Source of the DNA: Octopus vulgaris
Taxonomy: Eukaryota
Direction of reading: 5' to 3'
Assembly (NCBI GenBank): GCA_951406725.2
Contig: OX597821.1
Location: 69,502,001-69,566,000, forward strand
Length of the DNA: 64,000 nucleotides
Part shown: in pieces, positions 15,596-28,756 of the stretch
How the letters are laid out: each line of letters begins with the position of its first letter
Position numbering within the stretch: the first letter of the stretch is position 1
Program-made: the position numbers and the translations under genes
The notes under the pieces: generated by a model
Seen by the model: the letters and a program-made list of their open reading frames with translations, nothing else
Database searches by the model: none
Told to the model about the DNA's origin: nothing

Positions 15596-16860
15596 GTTCA
15601 GGATTCGAGTGGATCAGGTACCTAAACAGTAAAGTTTGGTTCAAAATTAGAGGAACATATATGTAGATTCCGAAATACAGACGGATTAATATTATTCCAG
15701 TTGCATATAAGATCACAATCATCCGACTGAATATGACACGAATCCCAAGGTTGCACCTGGGAACACACTGCACCAGTTGCCCTACACTTAATAGACTCAA
15801 GATCGGCGCTAATTGCACTTTCCGAGTAAGGTGGGTAACAACCAAACAGCAACAGATAGAAATCGGTTCATTCACTCCAGTAGTTTCAAACGAGTTGATT
15901 TTATTGATCAATAGAGTTATTACATCGTGCGAAAAAAACCGTTTTCATCAGGTGTATATACACGAATTAAGCGTTAAAAAAAAATATTCCAAGAATCAAC
16001 ATTATGTGCCAGTTCATGATTCCTAGTTAGCTTCTGCCAATGATTCTGTTGTTATTTGTTATATATTGTAGCAATATTGCTATCTTCATTGCTATCTTCA
16101 CTGTTTGAGAAAAACATTAGGAATGATCTCGTTTGAGATTACAAACATTTTTGGCTAGTTTAACCTTGTTGTGTCCACTGATCTGATTGGTTAGCATCTA
16201 AGCGCGGTCTGTCTCTCTACTTATTTCGCGCCAGTGTGTAAACTGACCAATCACGGCTTTAGGATAGGACCTTTTATTTGAGCAATCTTAACTCCATAAA
16301 TAGGCTGATTATTTCATGATTCACCGTCTTTCGGCTTAAAACCTTCTAAGACCACACAGCTTACTCAACCACCGTCTTTCGGCTTAAGATCTTTTAAGGT
16401 CTTGGTCGGAGACCACACAAAGCTTACTCAACCATGTTCCAGTTCGAAAGGCAGACGACATCCAAGTCAACCACAATATGAAGACGCTATTCTAAACCAG
16501 CGACAGACAGAACGTCATCACCAGCATCGTCTCTATCTACGAAGATTTCATCTTGTACACAACAAGATAAATATAGATTCAACTCATGCTGTTAGTGTGA
16601 AAACGTCACCACGGAAAAACAGTTGCAGTATATATATCTGAAAGAATATCTATATCAAGAGAAAAATATGCGCAACAAGTGATTCAACTAATCTCCGCTC
16701 CGAGACTCAAATCTTGTTATAGAACTCATTATCGTGTACTATATGAACTGGTAAAATAATTCTAAAATAACTCCATTTTAACTCAAATTGTTGAGACTTT
16801 TCTTATGCTCTGTTGTATTCGCATGCACCTTATTCTGTACTTTTGTCGCACACACGAACA
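15596..16860 (+). mobile_element. Possible solo LTR-like sequence
   Basis: Unique ~1.27 kb block between microsatellites with GTTC...GAACA ends, ATTGG 16186, CCAAT 16247, TATA-like CATAAATA 16295, and an imperfect direct repeat at 16322-16433. Confidence 0.35.
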
Positions 16861-17045
16861 CACAGACACATATATTATAAGCATGCATTCATGATACAAC
16901 ACTACGCTAATAATCACAAATCACTTTGTACACTGTGAATAAAATCTATCTTCTCTTTATAAAAGTAGAACGGTTTCTGGCGTCCTTTATTCATTTACTT
17001 TGGCACTGTATATAAACATGACATATGGCTTATAACAATATGTTA

Positions 17046-17121
17046 TGTTAGGATGCGGCCGTGCGCTGTACAAGTGGAGAAATATGTCACCAAACTCCTC
17101 ACGTACGGTCGTATTCTAACA
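17046..17121 (+). other. 76-nt hairpin with a 20-bp stem (4 G-U pairs)
   Basis: tgttaggatgcggccgtgcg pairs fully with cgtacggtcgtattctaaca if G-U is allowed. Confidence 0.6.
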
Positions 17122-17189
<68 letters not shown>

Positions 17190-17196
<7 letters not shown>

Positions 17197-17390
17197 TGTG
17201 TTTGTGTATTTTCCTCCACCACCGGTTGACAACCTCTGTTAGTGAGTTTATGTCTCTGCAATCAAGCATTGCGGCAAAAGGGGCCGATAGAACAAGAACC
17301 AGGCTTTGAACAAGTAAGTACTGGGTCCATTTGTTCGGCTGATATTCTTAAGAGAGATGCCCCTGCCTGGTCACAGTATAATGACTGAAT
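17190..17390 (+). mobile_element. SINE family A, diverged 3' half
   Basis: ttgacaacc...gcggcaaaag...cgatagaacaag...gtcacagt...atgactgaa. Confidence 0.6.
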
Positions 17391-17638
17391 TATTTAAAAG
17401 ATAACAGATACACACATATACACGTACGGTGAGTGTGTTAAATTATAAGGCACAAAAAGAAAATTACTCTCCCCAGACACAACAGAATATGCTTCAAAAC
17501 ACGAACTCATATAAAGAATCTTGCAAGCCAAATCCCAAAATGAAATATGTATATATATATATATATTTCGTTTTACCGGTGAGTGTGTTAGATTATAAGG
17601 CAAAAAAAAAAAGAAAATGACTTTCCCCAGACACAACA

Positions 17639-17689
<51 letters not shown>

Positions 17690-17690
<1 letters not shown>

Positions 17691-20682
17691 TAGCAAATTC
17701 ACCCGTCTTTTGGATGGTGTAATTTATTATAATGGTGTTCTCCTGTGGACGGTTTAAGTTGAATTAGTCTGCAGTTAGAAGTCGTTGATAAACGTAAAAT
17801 GTATTATTACCATTTTCGTTAGTAGTTTATGAGATGGTATTAAGGAACTTAGGGATTGAATAAATTTTTTTGAATACAAATTTGGCAGTTAGTAATAAAT
17901 GAAAGTCCATGAAATATGATCGCAATTGCAGTAGGCATTAGAGATCCTATATTTTGCTTGAAGTGTTTTGTATCATATACTTATTTTTCTCGTAATGCCT
18001 GACAAAACCGCGTTGAAGCTTTTTTCAATGAAAGTCATGTGTGATAAAGAAAAGCAAACATTTATAGCAAACACACAAATAGAATAATGGCCTATATAAA
18101 AATGTCAGAGCATGCTTATGTGTGAACAGTGTGCGTGAAGTAAGAAGGGTCATTGAAGGCAATGTACTGTTAACAGCAATCACGGAAATGGAGCAAAATA
18201 TCAATGAAATGCTTGCAGGAAGTCTGATTGCTAATGGCAACAGTTTGGCGAAGACGTGAAGAATGCACTAGAGAAGTAACTACTGTAGGGCTGCTTTGTA
18301 GATGACATTTTTGTGTTCCTCCTTCAGGAGCATAAGTTGCCTGGATGGTCAGTTCTGGAACAACCGAGGTAGAACTGTCCATGTGAAAATCACGATATTC
18401 GAAGGTCCAATCCGACAACTTTCAGCGACTGACCTTGTGCTTTGTTAATTGTCATGGAGAAGCTGAGTTTTAGAGGGAACTGCATTCTCTGCACAGGGTA
18501 GGGGCAGTCTGTTGGGGTTAGCGGAATTTTCGGAATGAAAACGGTATCGTTTTTGCCGTGTCCCGTGATAATTTGGGCTTCAATGACGTGGTCCATCATT
18601 TGTTTGACCACTAGGCGAGTTCCATTGCATAGTATGGGCGCATTTAGATTTCGTAGGAGGATGACAGGGCAACCGACTTTTAAGTGAAGTTCATGGGGAG
18701 GGAGTCCTGGAGGATCTTGGGAGTTGAGAAATTCTGTTGGAAAGTGTGTAACCTGATCGAGGCCAGTAACCTTGTCAACTGATCTATAACAACGTTCTTG
18801 AGAAGGAAGCTGACTGAGTAAGTCGTAGTTAAGAGTTTCGACAGCTGCATTTGTAGGTGCAAGAACAACCCTGTTGCGAAGCCAACCTGGTTTTGTGTAT
18901 TCCGTTATAAGATTTGGGTAAACGGCAAAACAAATCATCAGAGATGTATTCACCTTGGCCAATGGTGGTAGTGTCAACGTATCTGTTGTCATCGGACGTA
19001 AATTTGACCATTGCCAATTTTAAGGAGCATTTCTGAAAAATGGGTTGTAGAATAGGCCATTATTCTACAACCCAGTTTTCAGAAATGCTCCTTAAAATTG
19101 GCAATGGTCAAATTTACGTCCGATGACAACAGATACGTTGACACTACCACCATTGGCCAAGGTGAATACATCTCTGATGATTTGTTTTGCCGTTTACCCA
19201 AATCTTATAACGGAATACACAAAACCAGGATTGACCTCATGTTGATGGTGAGTTGTTTCAATGGGCATGCAATCAAAGAAGAGATTTTTTTTAAAGCAGG
19301 CATTAAGTTCAGCACCGAGTGTACCTTTGGGTATAATAGGCATAGTTTGTCGAAAATCTCCTGCAAGAAGTAGAGTCGCACCTTCAAGGATGTTGTTGTT
19401 GGCTCTAAAGTCTCTCATTGTGGTATGAAGTGCTTGTAGGGAACATTTATAGGACATAGTTACTTCATCCCAAACAATGAGTTTGTACTTATTCAAAATT
19501 GTCGCTTCGTCCGAGGAATGTATTATGTGGCACGTTAGGTTTTCTTGATGTGCTACATTGAAAGGCAATTTGAAGGTAGAGTGTGCTGTGCGTCCACCGT
19601 CGAGAACAGTCGAGGCTATTCCTGGGGAGGCAACAGCAATAGCAAAGTCACCATTATGCTTCAACTTCGCAAGAAGAAGATTCAGGAGAAATGTTTTCCC
19701 AGTCCCAACGGGTGCGTTTAAGAAGATGATTCCGCCAGTGCGTGTGTTGATGTTTCCGAGGACGAAATTGTATACGTCAGCTTGATCGGAATTCAGAAGC
19801 GGCTCGTTGTCAGCAATGTATTGTTTGAGTTTGTGGATGTTATAGAATGTTTCTCTGAGAATGAGGCGATTGGGACAGACGTCTTCATTTCTGTCTGGAC
19901 TGTTGAGAGAATAAGCGTCTAATCGTTGACCTCCAGTTGCCATAACTAAGTCTTCCAAGAAAAGAAGCCTTCGGTTGTAAATGGCAAGGGAGTGTCAACC
20001 CTACTTGTGATTTGGCGAGTCTGGAATAAATACAAAGAGTCAATGTGCCATGATATTTCGCTGCAAAGTGAATGTGCATCTGTCAGGTTGCGGAAAACCA
20101 GCATTATTGCAAAACGGTGTCGGAGCTTGTTCAGAGGACGACACAGAAAGGCCACTTCGAGTGCATTATCATATGTGCAGTATCACATTGCTCTGTAACC
20201 AAAAGTTCCCTTTTGGAGCAAGCGTCTTCGAAAGTGCCGCATAAGTGGTCGTCTACCGTGCAAAAGTCGTCGAAGGAGGTTGGTCCATTAATGACATGAA
20301 ATAATAGCCGCAGATGTAAGCAGTCAGAGTTCAAGGGGTAAACTGTGTAGACGTGTCTGATTGTGTTGTCTTTGTACACGGCTGAATCCATCTGCGTAGG
20401 CGGGCTTTGTTTTCGTCGTTTCCACTGGGCGACAATCATTTCTGAATGTTACTTCGCAAAGAGTTACCTCCCTTGTCCACAATAGTTACCTTACAAGGTT
20501 TTTCTGACCTTCTGACCTAGAATTCCCGTTACTTCATATTACTCCATAAGTGAAAAATCTTAAGAGTATAGAATCATCTGTGGAACATAAGTGATGTGTG
20601 TGCCAAGCATGAATGAAATCGGATGAAAAGTTGATTTTAAGTGGAATCAAGTAAATGGCCTGTCATACACACACGTCTTCTG

Positions 20683-20690
<8 letters not shown>
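17690..20690 (-). mobile_element. Internally deleted Helitron with pseudogenised RepHel Pif1-type helicase
   Basis: Walker A LNAPVGTGKT, IVWDEVTM, LAGDFRQ, LRNL..LCNGTRL, QFPLKLSFSMTINKAQGQSL. 3' hairpin plus CTAG at 17690-17720; 5' subterminal motif at ~20596-20630 resembles that of the short Helitron; flanked by (TA)n on both sides. Confidence 0.9.
18886..19229. repeat. Near-perfect palindrome, 169-bp arms, 6-nt loop
   Basis: 18886-19054 is the reverse complement of 19061-19229 with one mismatch seen; loop GGCCAT. Confidence 0.95.
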
Positions 20691-20725
<35 letters not shown>

Positions 20726-21734
20726 AACATATACATATACGCTTACAAATTCCAAAATACTTGCAAGCTCACATATTCACATCAGAACACGTTCTTATAC
20801 ACGCACACGCTAGTATATACACTGTCACACATATGTGCTAGTAATAAATTCATAAAGTGCCACCACCACCACCACCACAAAACATCACCATCTCCTAGCA
20901 GACAGTGATAAACATATCATATAGCAATATCATTAACCTATGAGTATCTTCTATTCCTTTGTACTTTAACAATTCATTGCAATCATAGATTGTCTTTCCT
21001 TGTCAAATTTAATATCAACTTGGATTTTATTTTATGTAGCAGGGGCGGGTATATTATTCTTTTCTACTACTGGCTTAAGACCTGAATTTGAACTTAAAAC
21101 TTAAAGATGGACGAAATGCCGTGAAGCATTTTGTTCAGCTTGCTAACAATTCGAGCACACCACCTTAGGAACCGGGTATAAGCATTGGAAATATTTAAGC
21201 AGATTGTTGACAAAATATTTTATTAAAAATAACTTAGCTAAAACCCGAGTATATAATTTGAAATAATTCTTTGTTGATGTTTAAATGCAGATTAGCCGGA
21301 TTAAATAAACAGATCAAATGCACTCTAGTCAATCATGACGATTCCTCTCTTTTCAAGGTATTTGGTGTTCCATAACAAACTGTATTATACAAAGTATTTT
21401 CATTTTCTATACTTATACAAAGTGTTTTCATTTTCTATACTCGTTGGGATTTGATTTTTTGACGCGTTTATCCGTTAATTCTCGCTTCATAAGGTCTAAC
21501 ATTAAAGCATGAGGATGACTTTCAAAAGTAAAACATAGAATAAGGAAGTACAAGACTCTGATATTGCCGGCTGTTTTTCATCGACTTTGCTTTGAGTAGA
21601 AAGATGATTATATTATGTCTGCCATGATCATTGTATCTTATTTTTTTTGTTTTGTGTTGTGATGAGCATGGTGCACATATTACTATATCTATCCAATATA
21701 GCCTACAGTTCTATACAGTTATAGTTAATCAATA

Positions 21735-22130
21735 TCAGGTAGGTCCTTCAGCTGCATGGATGCTTCGTGGTGTATCCATAAGTAAATAAGTGGTAAGTAT
21801 ACGTGAGGCCAGATACTTGCTTCTGGAAACAGTCCAAACATAGAAAAGGTAGCTAAGTTGCATCAACAATTCCGTTGACAAACGGCGCAAAAAGCTAATC
21901 AAAATGAATGAAAGACAAAGTTGACATTACGAGAGATTTAAAATCAGGAGAGAAGTCCTGAACAAATAAGACACTCTGAACAATTTTAATTCGTCCTCAA
22001 AAAGCTCTCAGCTAAAAAGTAGAAAAGAGAAATGCTGCAAAAGGCCAAGATAAAGGATTCAAATCCTTAAAAGATGTCGTTGAATGGAATAAACGGAAAC
22101 AGAAAACTAAGCTCAACTAATAAGGTTTGA
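21735..22130 (+). mobile_element. Possible pogo/Tigger transposon 5' remnant
   Basis: caggtaggtcct TIR-like start; broken KRRKKLI...KVDITRDLKSGEKS resembles the CENP-B-type N-terminal HTH. Confidence 0.35.
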
Positions 22131-22240
22131 TGGCATATCAATGATTTTTGCAGGGGCAAGATATTGTAGAAAGGTGTGGTCTTGCTTGGTATGAGGAAAG
22201 GAAATATGTCGTAATCTAAGTCTGTAGATTTTTATACATT

Positions 22241-22383
<143 letters not shown>

Positions 22384-22625
22384 CTATAAGAATTTTTTTA
22401 AAAATCATAAGAAAAGGAAAAGAAAACACTGCTTTATTGCTATGACCATGTGTTGGATATGCACTATAACAACAACAGTATAAGGTTACACTATTGCACA
22501 TAGCAGACCACAGATGGAGAACACTTGGGGCAGGCGATGTGTTATATAATGGTGAGAACATAAATTACATCTATATTCATACATTCATGTGTGTGTGATG
22601 TCTGACTCTCTCTCCCCACTCGCTC

Positions 22626-22657
<32 letters not shown>

Positions 22658-22694
22658 CATATATAAATGCATGTACACACACATACATACATGT

Positions 22695-22725
<31 letters not shown>

Positions 22726-23253
22726 CACACATTTACGTATGTACGTATAAGTATATATATATTACATATATGTTTATATTTTTGCATGTGTTTCTATCTA
22801 TATTTATCTCTCTCTTTCTTTCTCTCTCTCTCACACACGCATATATATATACATACACAGACGGTCACACATACAGTATATACATTTAGACATATTTATA
22901 TAAATATATCAATTAATCACATCCATCCATTCATATAATATACACATGTGTAGAAAAAAGCACACACACGCACACATACTTAAAATTCAATATATCGTGT
23001 AGGTGTGGACGGATACATGGAAACTAAATAATGACAAATTAGGATAAACGGCGGTTAACAGAAATGAAAACAAGGGGAGAGAACAGAGAGCTATCACGTG
23101 GAAATACCACCCACATCACCATCAATAGCAACAGCATTAGATATACTCAACACCGATATCATTATATCTTTACTAGAAAAAGATAACATCCTGATCACTC
23201 CTATCGCAGTCACGCTGAAACAATAATACGTGTATATGAAGAAATAAGCATAC

Positions 23254-23419
23254 AGGCGCAGGAGTGGCTGTGTGGTAAGTAGCTTGCTAACCAACCACAT
23301 GGTTCTGGGTTCAGTCCCACTGCGTGGCATCTTGGGCAAGTGTCTTCTGCTATAGTCCCGGGCCGACCAATGCCTTGTGAGTGGATTTGGTAGACGGAAA
23401 CTGAAAGAAGCCTGTCGTA

Positions 23420-23459
<40 letters not shown>

Positions 23460-23686
23460 CGTGTATGTTTCTGTGTCTGTGTTTGTCCCCCTAGCATTGC
23501 TTGACAACCGATGCTGGTGTGTTTGCGTCCCTGACACTTAGCGGTTCGGCAAAAGAGACCGATAGAATAAGTACTGGGCTTACAAAAGAATAAGTCCCAG
23601 GGTTGAGTTGCTCGACTAAAGGCGGTGCAGCAGCATGGCCGCAGTCAAATGACTGAAACAAGTAAAAGAGTAAAGAGAGTAAAGAG
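23254..23686 (+). mobile_element. SINE family A, full length
   Basis: aggcgcaggagtggctgtgtgg...ggttcagtcccac...gactgaaacaagtaaaagag tail. Confidence 0.92.
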
Positions 23687-23750
23687 TATACATACATATA
23701 TATATGTGTGTGTGTGTGTATACACACACACACGCGCGCACACACACACA

Positions 23751-23787
<37 letters not shown>

Positions 23788-23868
23788 CTTGCCATCTACC
23801 TACCTATCTATCTATATATTAATAATATAAGGGTAAATAATTATTAATTTTAAAATCAACAATTATTA

Positions 23869-23910
23869 CCTAGTATTTTTCGGTATAGAAATATAACCAT
23901 TATCGGTAGG
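23869..23910 (-). ncRNA. Degenerate hammerhead-like motif
   Basis: Minus strand CCUA-CCGAUAA-U-GGUUAUA UUUC UAUACC-GAA-AAAUAC-UAGG. Stems I and II form, but the core and cleavage site are non-canonical. Confidence 0.35.
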
Positions 23911-24050
23911 AACTTTTACATGTGAGTTACATGTATATGTTATATGTGGAGTTATGTTTGTAGAAAATAGAAATATGAGGTTGTTGACTGCTATTTCTAA
24001 ATTTTTTCGGTATGTGGCTAAGCAACCTGTTGCTTACCCTATTTATATAT

Positions 24051-24176
24051 ATAGATAGTTCCATAGCTCTTCATGGAGACGAATTGCTTGTTTATTGCTA
24101 TAATCTTGTGATAAATATGTTGTGTGACAATTGTGTGATAAATATGTTGGAGATATGCATGCATGTATGTATGTAC

Positions 24177-24235
<59 letters not shown>

Positions 24236-24383
24236 CATACATACAAACATACATACATACATACATACATACATACATACATACATACATACATACATAC
24301 ATGCATATCTCCAACATATTTATCACAAGATTATAGCAATAAACAAGCAATTCGTCTCCATGAAGAGCTATGGAACTATCTAT
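24051..24383. repeat. Inverted duplication centred on (TA)n/(TACA)n
   Basis: atagatagttccatagctcttcatggagacg... is mirrored as ...cgtctccatgaagagctatggaactatctat; the left arm carries an extra short tandem duplication. Confidence 0.92.
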
Positions 24384-24469
24384 TTTATTTGACGTAAAGA
24401 ATAAATTTAGAAAATGAATTCTAAAACACAAAGTAAGAAAGAAGTTAAAAAAAGACATTTAGGACAAGT

Positions 24470-26020
24470 TGATAGATTGAGAAGAAAGGAATTGCAGAAC
24501 GAAAGAATAGGAATAAGAATAATGCTGGGAAAGAACAGATAGAATAAGAGATATAAAGGTTATGATGTGATATTGGAAGAATTGAAATAAAAGAGTAGTG
24601 GCAACCAAAGCAAAACAGGAAAGATATGCCAACAGAAAAAGACAGTTCAGGCAAAACAGATTGTTTGATGAAGTAAATCAGAAGAAACTGCTTCAGGAAC
24701 TAGGTGGGCAAATACCCATAACAATGATACCAGATGCAGAGGAAAGCAAGGCATTCTGGAGAGGGATTTGGGACCAACCTGTAGAAGAAAATGATGAAGC
24801 GGAGTGGCTGCGTGGAATCCAAGATTGGAAGAGCCCAGGACCGGATGGAGGTCCAAGGTCATTAGATGAAGAGCCCGAGAGGGCTCCATGAAAGGATAGC
24901 ACAACAGCAAGATGAGTGCTTGCAGGAAGGCACAGTACTCAGGTGGATGACAAAGGGAAAGGCATTGTTATGTGCCAAGGACCCTAAAAAGGGAAATGTT
25001 GCATCCAACTTTAGACCAATAACGTGCCATCCGCTAATGTAGAAACTAATGTCAGCTGCTTTGGCCGGTGAACTGTACAGATATTGGGTAAAAAGTGAGC
25101 TGCTACCCACTGAAGAGAAAGGAGCTTGGGTGCGAAGGATCAGCTTTTAATTAATAATCTAATTATCAGGAACTGCAAGAGAAGGGATACAAACCTGAGC
25201 ATGGCATGGGTTGACTACTGCAAAGCATACGATATGATACCACACTCTTGAATAATAAGAACAATGGAAATGTATGGAGTAGCAGAGAATATGAGAAGCC
25301 TTATATGGAATAGCATGAAATCCCGGAGAACGGAAACGACAGCAGGGAAGCAAGTACTAGGAGAGATGAAAATGATGGTAAAATGATGAAGACAATTCAA
25401 CCTTAATCCAGTTATAAATACCTGGAACTACTTGAGGTAGATGGAATCAAACACCACAACAGGAAAGAAAAGACAAAAAGAGATACATACGGCGAGTGAG
25501 AAAAATATTGGCTTCAAAGCTGACTTGCCCAAAATCACTACATGTTGTGGTGACACGACCAGGTAGAAAAAGTGCTCCATGGGAAACTGTGCGAAAGTGG
25601 AGGCAAGAGAGAGGCTAGACGTGGTATGAGCACAAAGCGCAGAGAGTTGTGGAGTCGGAGACAAGCAAAATCCTCCGAGATTTCCCAATCTAAACAAATC
25701 AGGTGCTAGAGTATAACAGACCGGACTTGGTGCTGGACAACAAGGTGCACCACATATGCTATATGGTCGACGTTGAATGCTCCTTTACCCACGAATAGTC
25801 AAGAAGGAAGGCGAAAAGATAGATAGATAGATACAGCCCTCTTAAGTGTGAATTAGTCCGGCTATGGAAAATGCCCAGTAGAACTGTTACAAAAGGTTTA
25901 CCAGTTTGGCACGGCCAGAATAATCAGGAAAGTATTAGATTGCTGAAAATAGCGGATAGCATGGTACCGTAGGCTGCAGGTACCATAGGCCCGCTCCAAC
26001 AAAACCTGTGATAAAAAGAA
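24470..26020 (+). mobile_element. REL-type LINE, multiply deleted
   Basis: [45 protein letters not shown] and C-terminal FGTARIIRKVL. Confidence 0.8.
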
Positions 26021-26459
26021 TACAAGGGACAAGTGGTGTGTTAAACAAGGACGAGTACAAAATGAATAACAATTACAATTAACAAAAAAAAATTCTAAGA
26101 AAAATCCCTAATAAGGGGAAGTTCTACCTACGACCAACCAAGCACCCCACACATCCTAGTCACCCTGAACTCCAAGAGCCAGGCACCCGTCTTCCCCTCA
26201 ACCGTTCCGAGGTCATCTTGTGTGTTTATGTTTTTTAAACAGTGCAATAAGTAATTAAATAAATAAATGCTGCCCCTTACGGGGCAGAAAAAAACTTCTG
26301 GACCCCGGCTAAGAGGCTCCTGGTCTTCTTATTAACAGTTTATAACAAAATTTGATAACATATACTTGTAACAGAAGGGTGAAAACAACAGTTTTAAACG
26401 TAACTTATGAAGCGTCTTCTAAAAATCGTCCTATGTGCTCCGCAGCAAATATAATAATA

Positions 26460-26580
26460 ATCCTTTCTACTAAAGGCACAAGGCCTGCAATTTGGTGGGA
26501 AGGGACCAGTCGAATACATCGACCCCAGTGTTTCACTGTTACTCATTTTGTTGACCCCGAAAAGATGAAAGGCAAAGTTC
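26460..26580 (-). mobile_element. SINE family B 3' fragment
   Basis: ctttctactaaaggcacaaggcctg...gaccccgaaaagatgaaaggcaaagt. Confidence 0.75.
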
Positions 26581-27880
26581 ACTCTCACTTTCCTTTTCAA
26601 GTGAAACTTGAAAAAGTTGATAAGGGCTTGGCCAAAGAGGAAAGCATCCGTCTTCAGCCCTTTCGGTCTGGTCCAACACACAGCCTTTTTTACTAAGGCT
26701 ATTGAGCAAAGAAAAACAGCCTGCCCTTTTCGGCCAAAGGAAGGCAGCGGGACTACCTTCACAATGGACTCAGCCGAGAGCCAGATCTGTCCCACGCGTA
26801 ACAGCGGGTGTTTGACATAAACCCACAAGTCAGAAATACTCGGGTACTGGACGAGAGAGTGCAGAACGGTTTCGTCGGGCAAGCACCGCTGTCTGCACCA
26901 CCGTGTCTACAGAGTTTATCCAGAACAGGTAGTGCCCCGCGGTAGCACTGCAGACCAAGGATTCTGGAAATTATCCCTAGGCCCCAGCTCGAAAGTTTTC
27001 CGGAACAAACCAGCCAGCTCATTCTCGTCGACATCCAGAATCTCCCCGAGAACGTCGTCGCACTTACACGCCACTAACCCTCTGTAGAACTCCTGAGTGG
27101 AACTTCCACTGAATGCATTGTCCGATTGGCAGAGGAGTGTAGGCGTCTGATGACACTCTAGGTGCCAGGTGGGAAGAAAGGGAATACCCTTGACGGACCG
27201 AGCGCATGATGCTGAATGGTTCTGATAGGTAACCGTTCACCCGAACTACAGGCAGATGTCACTGCACGTTGGTGCGATCCAGCCACGGAGTACGGGACCA
27301 AAACCGACCGTCGTGAGAACGGCCGCCAAGTATTGATGGAACACCCTATCAAAGGCTTTAGATTGATTCATTTTTGATCAACGCCCCACTCATGCCACTT
27401 TCTCAGCTGTGCCACCGCTCCTCGGTTTACAGAACTAGAAATTCTCCAGTTCTGCTGCCAATTGCGGTATATATCTGCTAAAAGGCCAACCAGACAAGCT
27501 CGTAGAGCAGACCATCCAAACCAGGCGATCTGTTCCCCATGTAGTCCTTCGCTGCATCACGTATTTCGGTGGCTGCTATCGGCATTTCGCAACGCTTCGG
27601 CCCAGCTGCCGAGCGTTGTGGCATGCCATCGAGGTAGACAATAAAGTCAATTTTGCGTCCCTGACCACCATTCGGCCCAAACAGTTAGGTGAAGTACCAG
27701 GTAGGTAGGAATGAAAATTGTTTCATCACTCGTTAAGGTGTCGATTGATATTTTGCCTCCCATACCCGAAAGTCCCATACTTCTTCCCCCTGGCCACAAA
27801 GGTTTTGCTCCTCCACACAGGTTTTAGGCATACCTCTATTTTTTTCTGCGTTGCCTGCTTTCCTACAACTCGCTCCAGTT
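26580..27880 (-). mobile_element. L1/Tx1-like ORF2 C-terminal fragment
   Basis: Contains ETVLHSLVQ...WTRPKGLKTDAFLFGQALINFFKFHLKRKVRV, homologous to the fragment at 1-150. Confidence 0.65.
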
Positions 27881-28057
27881 GTTTTACATACAACTGCCTG
27901 CAAATTAATTTCTTGCTGGATAGTTCTAGGAATTATTTACATTATTTACACGATTTATATTATTTGTCCTCATCTTGATATACTCTCCAGCCTTCTTCAG
28001 GTGTCTTCGGCAAATTCCTAAGGTATTTTTCGATGTTATTATTACTGTTGTTGTTGT

Positions 28058-28059
<2 letters not shown>

Positions 28060-28128
<69 letters not shown>

Positions 28129-28154
28129 GTATACACATATACATATACACATAC

Positions 28155-28206
<52 letters not shown>

Positions 28207-28376
28207 ATACACATATACGTATACATATATATATATACATATATATATACATATATATAAACATATATATATATACATGTATATATATATATATACATAT
28301 ACTTACATATACATATATACACATATATATGTATATACATATATTTATATATATACATATATATATATACACATAC

Positions 28377-28423
<47 letters not shown>

Positions 28424-28688
28424 TACATATATATATACATATATATATTTATATACACATACATATATATACATATATATATCCATATATATATACGTAT
28501 ATATACATATATATATATATACATATATATGTATGTATACATATATATATATACATATATGCATATATATATATATATGTATATGCATATATATACACGC
28601 ATATATATGACACACACATATATATGTATATACATAAATATATGCACATATATGTACACATATATTATTTCATATATATATATATATG

Positions 28689-28750
<62 letters not shown>
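28060..28750. repeat. Long degenerate (TA)/(TACA)/(TG) tract
   Basis: Directly visible. Confidence 0.9.

Positions 28751-28756
<6 letters not shown>

Noticed and set aside
16322-16433. Spaced direct repeats suggestive of CRISPR
   Set aside because: Only two units, the intervening sequences are also homologous, the context is eukaryotic, and there are no cas genes.
18390-19958. Host PIF1 helicase gene
   Set aside because: Intronless, frameshifted and bounded by Helitron termini, so it is a transposon remnant.
23254-23330. tRNA-like sequences at SINE heads (also a degraded one at 11835-11890)
   Set aside because: No complete cloverleaf, and most are fused to SINE bodies; not tRNA genes.
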